IMG/VR virus record: IMGVR_UViG_3300035183_001077
Source of the DNA: an uncultured virus (IMG/VR IMGVR_UViG_3300035183_001077)
Taxonomy: Duplodnaviria; Heunggongvirae; Uroviricota; Caudoviricetes
Strand: one strand, 5' to 3'
DNA length: 64,000 bases
Part shown: positions 58,439-64,000 of the stretch, piece by piece
Layout of the letters: the number at the start of each line of letters is the position of its first letter
Numbering within the stretch: position 1 is the first letter of the stretch
Notes under the pieces: model-generated
What the model was told of the DNA's origin: nothing
Seen by the model: only the letters and a program-made list of their open reading frames with translations
Database searches by the model: none
Made by a program: the position numbers and the translations under genes

Positions 58439-59176
58439 TTATGTTGATATTTCTACTATCAATCTGTGATTAGAGACATCATAAGTTTTCTGCATGTACA
58501 GATCCGTTGATGGGAAGTAGTTCCTGAAAAGGCACTCATTACCACTCCAATGATAACACCAATCGCTATAGCTACCAAACGTCCATATTGACGATTCTGG
58601 TGAAAATTGTGGTAAAGTACCCCTCGTATTTTTAAAAGGATCGCAAGGTTGATAATATGTTGATAAACAAAAGAAAACGAAATGCATGCTAAAGCTAATC
58701 CACTCCGGTCCTAAACCTACGAATTGACCACCAAAATATATAGATGCACCTGCTGTTACTGCCATCCACAATTTGAAATTTTCAGGGCAAGGATTGCAAG
58801 GGTAATAGTTACCAGGATGAAGTATTGTAAGAATGGTCAATTGGATGTCGTGAGATAATGCGTAAAATGGTATGACTACAAATCTATTACAGTCCTTATT
58901 GCACGATGAGAAATAAATTTTTGAAAAGTGGTCTCCCCAAACTTGCTCTAAAATGAGGGGTATTGTAAAGAACGACTGGCAACTACAGAAAGTTATAAAC
59001 ATACTAAGATATAAAGGTAATATTGTCATAGAAGGAAAAGGGCACGGCTGTTCAAGATATGTTTCACAGGTTGGCCTGAAAATATTGAAAGTTATATACT
59101 TCTTAAAATAGCCATGTTTAAATTTGAACTTACTCCGTTTATATACAGGTGGTACAGGGGGGCAGTACCTGATCAT
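58439..59176 (-). CDS. Cys/aromatic-rich hypothetical protein
   Basis: N-terminal CPP..P.Y.R...KF shared with the 59173 gene. Confidence 0.6.
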   Translation of the reverse strand: MIRYCPPVPPVYKRSKFKFKHGYFKKYITFNIFRPTCETYLEQPCPFPSMTILPLYLSMFITFCSCQSFFTIPLILEQVWGDHFSKIYFSSCNKDCNRFVVIPFYALSHDIQLTILTILHPGNYYPCNPCPENFKLWMAVTAGASIYFGGQFVGLGPEWISFSMHFVFFCLSTYYQPCDPFKNTRGTLPQFSPESSIWTFGSYSDWCYHWSGNECLFRNYFPSTDLYMQKTYDVSNHRLIVEIST

Positions 59177-60321
59177 TTGTAAATTTCCACAGTTACTGAA
59201 ATATTAAAGTAGGGATCTTTCGTATATAAGCCCACACGATTATTTTCAAAGCTTTTTGAAACGGGAGAAAGATAACAGTCTTTATGCCCAACTACCATAT
59301 CTGAAGTATCCCAGCTAAAAGTATAATAATCATGCCATACCAAACATTGCATCAATTTCCATTGCCAATTTAGATACAGAAGCCAATTCAACCAATCCGG
59401 AAAAGTATTAAAGATTAAATAAAAACTACTTTTTGAATTAATTTCAGAGGTTAACCCATCTACATATATATCGTAGACAAATTGTCTCGGACCTGTATAT
59501 ATAGAATAACCTATAGAAAAACATGGGCCGGGTTGTATCACTAGATCTAACCACCTATAAGGAAGGCGATTGTTAGTAGGATTATCCGTAATAAATGTGC
59601 TATTGAATACATCACACATGTAGACTTCATAATTATCTTCGTAATTTTGCTCTATACATCCGCTGCATCCCTGTAGAACAACATATAATACTTCGGGATA
59701 CACAACTACTTTGCTTATTTTATCTTTTACATAATAAATAGTTTGAACCACTTTTAGTATAATTATTATTCTAAGTCTATATGCAAACTTGAATTTATCG
59801 TAAGTATATTCGTATGGACAATTCCAGTCTATTATCGGACCTTCATTATTTTCGGACCGAAAATACTTGCAATTGATAAAATTGGTTAGGCCGAGTATTA
59901 ACCCTGGTACGGATACACTGAAATCGAAATTTTTTATAACAAGATAAGCATTATAATATTGAGTTTTAGTTACTGTTTTTTTGTTATCACCACAAGCCTC
60001 GTCGGTTTGTGTAGTTTCGTCTTCATGACATTTATTTAATACAAGGCCAGTAAACTCGTTGATTATTTCACCTGCAAAACAAAATTTTAAATTTACCGAG
60101 GCACCACTAAAATCTACTTCCTCTCTTGTTTCAAAGGAAGAAAAATAATAATTGTGAAAGGTCGGAGTATATTCAAAGTTCCAATCATCAATAACATTTT
60201 CAGTTATTGACATGTTACCTTTTTTAACAATTGGTAACGGTACCAAATAACATGGATCGAACTTTAAACGTCTTCTAATATATATCGGATAGCGAGGAGG
60301 ACATTTCTTTATGTATGGCAT
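59173..60321 (-). CDS. Cys/aromatic-rich hypothetical protein
   Basis: N-terminal CPPRYPIYIRRRLKF; ends VTVEIYK, similar to LIVEIST and KLEVWY of the neighbours. Confidence 0.65.
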   Translation of the reverse strand: MPYIKKCPPRYPIYIRRRLKFDPCYLVPLPIVKKGNMSITENVIDDWNFEYTPTFHNYYFSSFETREEVDFSGASVNLKFCFAGEIINEFTGLVLNKCHEDETTQTDEACGDNKKTVTKTQYYNAYLVIKNFDFSVSVPGLILGLTNFINCKYFRSENNEGPIIDWNCPYEYTYDKFKFAYRLRIIIILKVVQTIYYVKDKISKVVVYPEVLYVVLQGCSGCIEQNYEDNYEVYMCDVFNSTFITDNPTNNRLPYRWLDLVIQPGPCFSIGYSIYTGPRQFVYDIYVDGLTSEINSKSSFYLIFNTFPDWLNWLLYLNWQWKLMQCLVWHDYYTFSWDTSDMVVGHKDCYLSPVSKSFENNRVGLYTKDPYFNISVTVEIYK

Positions 60322-60324
60322 GGT

Positions 60325-61014
60325 TCATTCAATCAATAATAAGTATGCGGGTACCAGTGAGTAAGGGTTCAAATCTAAAAAAATATAAGTGGTACTGAAA
60401 ACTGGGTCAAATATCATAAAGTGTAATTCTGCAAAAGCGCTTTTACAGTGTGTCAGTTGATATTTGTACCATTCTTTGTGCGCTTCTATGAGTCTAGCTT
60501 CTAGTAGGTTTGGATCTCCATCGTTTAATAGGTACAGTTGACAAATCGTAGCAGTAGCAAGGAAATAATTTTCCCAAATTGTGTGATATTCGCAAGTACT
60601 GCAATTATATTCTTTTGCCAGTAAGGCGGGCAGCATTCTCTTACCATATTGACTATCGTAAATTTTATTACCATTATTATCTGTATTCAACTGCTCTACC
60701 AACGGCATCGGAACTTTTTCTAAAATGTCTAAATTTTTATCAACTTTTTCTGGTTGCCAAATTGCAATTTTAGATGAAAACATAACGTCTGCAGGCACAT
60801 AAGGGCTTATTTTTAATTCTAATTTCTTATATAAAGCTTGGCGTGCATTACGTTTTGTTTGATAAAAACGCTCCTTTTCTGCAATATTAAGGACTATTAA
60901 CAATTGCGATGGTGATAACTGTTGTAAATGCGTAAAATCTGTTTTGTAATCGCTGTTGAATGCTATGAAATAATAAATCGCAAGCGTGCTTAATAATGAT
61001 GTAGTATCCCACAT
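60325..61014 (-). CDS. hypothetical protein with hydrophobic N-terminus
   Basis: GAGG RBS; LLSTLAIYYFIAF. Confidence 0.6.
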   Translation of the reverse strand: MWDTTSLLSTLAIYYFIAFNSDYKTDFTHLQQLSPSQLLIVLNIAEKERFYQTKRNARQALYKKLELKISPYVPADVMFSSKIAIWQPEKVDKNLDILEKVPMPLVEQLNTDNNGNKIYDSQYGKRMLPALLAKEYNCSTCEYHTIWENYFLATATICQLYLLNDGDPNLLEARLIEAHKEWYKYQLTHCKSAFAELHFMIFDPVFSTTYIFLDLNPYSLVPAYLLLIE

Positions 61015-61047
61015 CGCTATGCCTCGATAATTAATATCTAAACAATT

Positions 61048-62253
61048 TTACACGTTATCGTATTCTTCATCAACTTTTACCATACGCTCGCGTAATTTAC
61101 ACTCAGCATCTTTAATTTTGTTCCTAATCGTTTCTCGGCTCAGTGTCGTAATATAAGACAGCTCGTCAAGACTAAATCCAAATCCGCATAATACTTCGTG
61201 GTAGGCATTTAATAAAAACCAATTAACAAAGGGCAGTTCATCAATATACATCATCATTTCATTTACTTGTTGGGCAGTGTCTGAGTCTTCATCAATATCA
61301 TCATCATAAGAAATAAGATATTTTTGACTGTTACTGTCTTCGTCATATTCCGAATCCAAATGTGTCGTCGTCAGCATTCGACTTAATACAGCATATTCTC
61401 TCAACTTATCTTCGTCAATGTCTAACTCTTTTGCTGTATTGACGATTTCATAATTAGTTAAATGCTGCAAGTTAGGTATTGTGCGACTGAATTTTGATAA
61501 TTGTAAAGTTTTATCCGCGGGAACTTTCACTGAAAAGACATTGTTGCTCATATAGTTTCTGATTTGCTGATTTATCCAAAAGACGGCATACGTTGAAAAC
61601 TTGTTTTTATATTCTAAAGAAAATCTGTCGATTGCTATAAGCAAACCCAGAACGCCGCAATTATACAGGTCGTCTTTATCGTAGGTCGGGCTTTCATTGT
61701 TTTGACTTGCAACACAATTATTCACAATACGAAAGACAAGACGTATATTTTTCCTAACAATGTAGTCGCGTATATTTTTAATATTAATAATTTCTTTTCT
61801 ACTTTGCTCGATCAGGTAATGCATCAATTTAATATCCAGTCCAAAAGTTTCTTTGCATATTTCGTCAGAATCTGTTCGTCCCAACATTAACGCGAATTCA
61901 TCGCATACAATCTTATTTATTCTAAAAACAACTATTGGTATGACATTCAGTTTATCAACAGTTTCGAGTACGTTGTCATAAAATTCAGTAGAGTATTGCC
62001 AATTGTCAACTAGATTTTTTAATTTCTCGAAGATATTATCTTCCTTTTGCACTTCTTTCAAGTGGTCAATTGGTAGAGTTGCAAAGTTTTTGTACTCATA
62101 ATTACCTAGCGCATAATTAACAATCGTAGATAATGACTTTTTGTTTGTACATAAATACATTTTTGCAGCGTATGTTGCTTTCGCAAGCTCTTCAAACTTT
62201 GACTTTTCTTCTTCAGCAGTCATCAAGTCATGCGCTAGCAAGTTCGCTGTCAT
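61048..62253 (-). CDS. sigma-70 family RNA polymerase sigma factor
   Basis: Region 2 NIRLV..., DDL...G.LGL..AIDRF, KFSTYA.FWI.Q.I; region 4 SLDELS......RETIR....A..KLR. Confidence 0.85.
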   Translation of the reverse strand: MTANLLAHDLMTAEEEKSKFEELAKATYAAKMYLCTNKKSLSTIVNYALGNYEYKNFATLPIDHLKEVQKEDNIFEKLKNLVDNWQYSTEFYDNVLETVDKLNVIPIVVFRINKIVCDEFALMLGRTDSDEICKETFGLDIKLMHYLIEQSRKEIINIKNIRDYIVRKNIRLVFRIVNNCVASQNNESPTYDKDDLYNCGVLGLLIAIDRFSLEYKNKFSTYAVFWINQQIRNYMSNNVFSVKVPADKTLQLSKFSRTIPNLQHLTNYEIVNTAKELDIDEDKLREYAVLSRMLTTTHLDSEYDEDSNSQKYLISYDDDIDEDSDTAQQVNEMMMYIDELPFVNWFLLNAYHEVLCGFGFSLDELSYITTLSRETIRNKIKDAECKLRERMVKVDEEYDNV

Positions 62254-62884
62254 TATTCGTCTCCTCTTCTTGATGATGTAATGGAATTAACAGCGACGTT
62301 TCACCAGAACAGATAGGGCATTTAAGTAGCAATTGTATTTCATTATCCTTACGATCAATGTGTACTAACTCAAGCGGGTGATCATGGCAGCCAAAATAGA
62401 TTTTATTAGACATATGAATTAACGCTATGTAAGAATTAATATCTTTTGTATCCTTTGCGGAAATCAAAGGTATATCTGATATTAGTTTTTCAAGAATTAG
62501 TAAATTGGCAACAATGCTGTCAAGCTGAACAAGAACAAGAGCTGCAATAACCGAGGGCAGGCTTTTCTGTGAAAATAGCTCTCTTACTGTTCCTGTATAT
62601 TTAATCTTCATTAATTTTTTCAAAAACGCTTCTAGTTCAGGTCGTATCAAATTAAGAAATGTCATTTGAGCATTATCATTGACAATCTGTGATTTAAAAC
62701 TATTCATATATAAACATTCAGCTTCAAAATCCCGTTTTAACGCTTCTATGAACTTGTCTTTAAAGTTTAATGTTTGCGGGTCTTTCTTCTTAGCTTCTAT
62801 GAAACGCAGTAAAACTTCTATAAGTAAATCTAGAATGCTGCTAGGCTTGCGATTAATCGCAAAGATCTGTTCGTAAGAGTACAT
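62228..62884 (-). CDS. hypothetical protein with C-terminal putative Zn ribbon
   Basis: CHDH...CPIC; strong RBS; overlaps the sigma gene start. Confidence 0.65.
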   Translation of the reverse strand: MYSYEQIFAINRKPSSILDLLIEVLLRFIEAKKKDPQTLNFKDKFIEALKRDFEAECLYMNSFKSQIVNDNAQMTFLNLIRPELEAFLKKLMKIKYTGTVRELFSQKSLPSVIAALVLVQLDSIVANLLILEKLISDIPLISAKDTKDINSYIALIHMSNKIYFGCHDHPLELVHIDRKDNEIQLLLKCPICSGETSLLIPLHHQEEETNNDSELASA

Positions 62885-62935
62885 GACGACCTCCTCTCTT
62901 TGATAGAAGCACCTCCCCTCGCCTCCTTGCTGAGC

Positions 62936-62964
62936 ATTATAACCGCCTGTACGGAGTTTGTCAA
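62936..62964 (-). promoter_or_regulatory. perfect-consensus sigma-70 promoter
   Basis: TTGACA-17 nt-TATAAT. Confidence 0.85.
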
Positions 62965-64000
62965 GCCCCTACGTCGAGAAATTTCTGCGTTGCTAATTGA
63001 TCTGACCATAACTTTTCCAGCGGCGATATAATATCGAAAAATTGCAAATCATGTTTTTGCAATTCTTTAATTACTTTATGTCTGGCCGATTTCGATCTTA
63101 CGAAATTGATAATATCATGTTTCGACCACACCGGCGCGAAAGACAGATCGGCCACACATTTGGTGGGAATTAATAATTTATACGGGTAAAGTTTGGTAAT
63201 AGGATCGTTGCATGGATGAGAAAGACAGAATAGAAAAGAATGATGCAACATTGCTAGGTAATATTCTTGTAACGTACCTTCTGCATGGCACAAAACAATA
63301 GTAACTAAACTGTTTTCAAGTACTTCAAGAACGTCTTTTATTGTTCTACAAACAACTATTCTGACATATTTATTTTTCTTCATATTTTCAATAAATTTAG
63401 CCATGTATGAATCTTTGTTATAAAATTCTTCAGTTGGTGCTAGCAGTACGTATTCAAGTTCAGATATTGGAGATGTTGTCAGCATTTGTATCAACTCAAG
63501 TTCTTCTATTCTGTACTTGTACCATAAATTAGAAAACAGTGGGAAAACAATATATTTCTTATCCTCAACTGATTCCAAACTTGTTAAATTATTAAAGAAA
63601 GGCCAATACAGCATATTAGAGTATACCTGCGGCTGATAACGGTTTTGGACAAAATATACCATTTCGGCATGGTTGCTGAATATATAAACAAGATTCGGGT
63701 CTTTTATTATCTTATTTTGCATTATTATCTTTGCCGAGGATAAGAAAAAGGCCCTGCATTCGATTTGTGGTTTTGCTCTGACCGATTCTTCCTTATATTT
63801 TTTAATTTTTTTATACAAAGATTTTGCTGCTCCAATAAACCAGAAATTTGTTGCATTATTAATAACATCTATATAACCTTCATCAGCATCTGCATCTATT
63901 AAGTAGTAATCATATTCTGGTGAGAACGAATGATGTATCGTTTTACAAATATGAAGTGTTTTATGGCCAGCTAAATTTAATATTTTACTTAAACCTTTAC
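62961..64000 (-). CDS. 5'-truncated hypothetical protein, possibly glycosyltransferase-like
   Basis: The frame stays open past the TTG at 63818 to the window edge (KGLSKILNLAGHKTLHIC...); the L..GH pattern weakly recalls GT-B N-termini. Confidence 0.5.
   Translation of the reverse strand, partial: KGLSKILNLAGHKTLHICKTIHHSFSPEYDYYLIDADADEGYIDVINNATNFWFIGAAKSLYKKIKKYKEESVRAKPQIECRAFFLSSAKIIMQNKIIKDPNLVYIFSNHAEMVYFVQNRYQPQVYSNMLYWPFFNNLTSLESVEDKKYIVFPLFSNLWYKYRIEELELIQMLTTSPISELEYVLLAPTEEFYNKDSYMAKFIENMKKNKYVRIVVCRTIKDVLEVLENSLVTIVLCHAEGTLQEYYLAMLHHSFLFCLSHPCNDPITKLYPYKLLIPTKCVADLSFAPVWSKHDIINFVRSKSARHKVIKELQKHDLQFFDIISPLEKLWSDQLATQKFLDVGA

Noticed and set aside
1..64000. Alternative genetic code (stop-codon recoding)
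   Set aside because: The standard code gives dense, full-length genes; TAA, TAG and TGA all end genes; the only tRNA is not a suppressor

Overview
AT-rich segment of a large tailed dsDNA phage (or prophage) genome with two convergent arms meeting at about 34,243. The + arm (1-34,245) is a head/virion module. It carries a putative prohead protease, an acidic scaffold-like protein, decoration-like proteins, an HK97-type major capsid protein and a head-tail adaptor. Upstream lie many uncharacterised proteins with a recurring K-x-A motif, plus a LigD-like phosphoesterase-ligase, a permuted papain-like enzyme, a trypsin-like protease and a Dam-like methylase. The - arm (34,242-64,000) looks early/accessory. 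It holds two more orphan methyltransferases, about 15 diverged paralogues of a partial beta-propeller-like protein with visible duplication scars, ClpS, tRNA-Arg(UCU), two MoxR-like AAA+ ATPases with a metallopeptidase-vWA partner, three small membrane peptides, Cys/Trp-rich proteins, a sigma-70 factor and three near-consensus sigma-70 promoters. The strongest novelty candidates are (1) a family of probable capsid-packaged proteins with a cleavable K-x-A leader, a Gly-rich membrane segment and an Arg-rich C-terminal tail; (2) the 15-gene paralogue accordion; and (3) two unannotated structured RNAs, one with anti-Shine-Dalgarno motifs complementary to RBSs elsewhere in the window. All assignments come from motif recognition by eye; no searches were run. 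The host (possibly Planctomycetota) is a weak inference.
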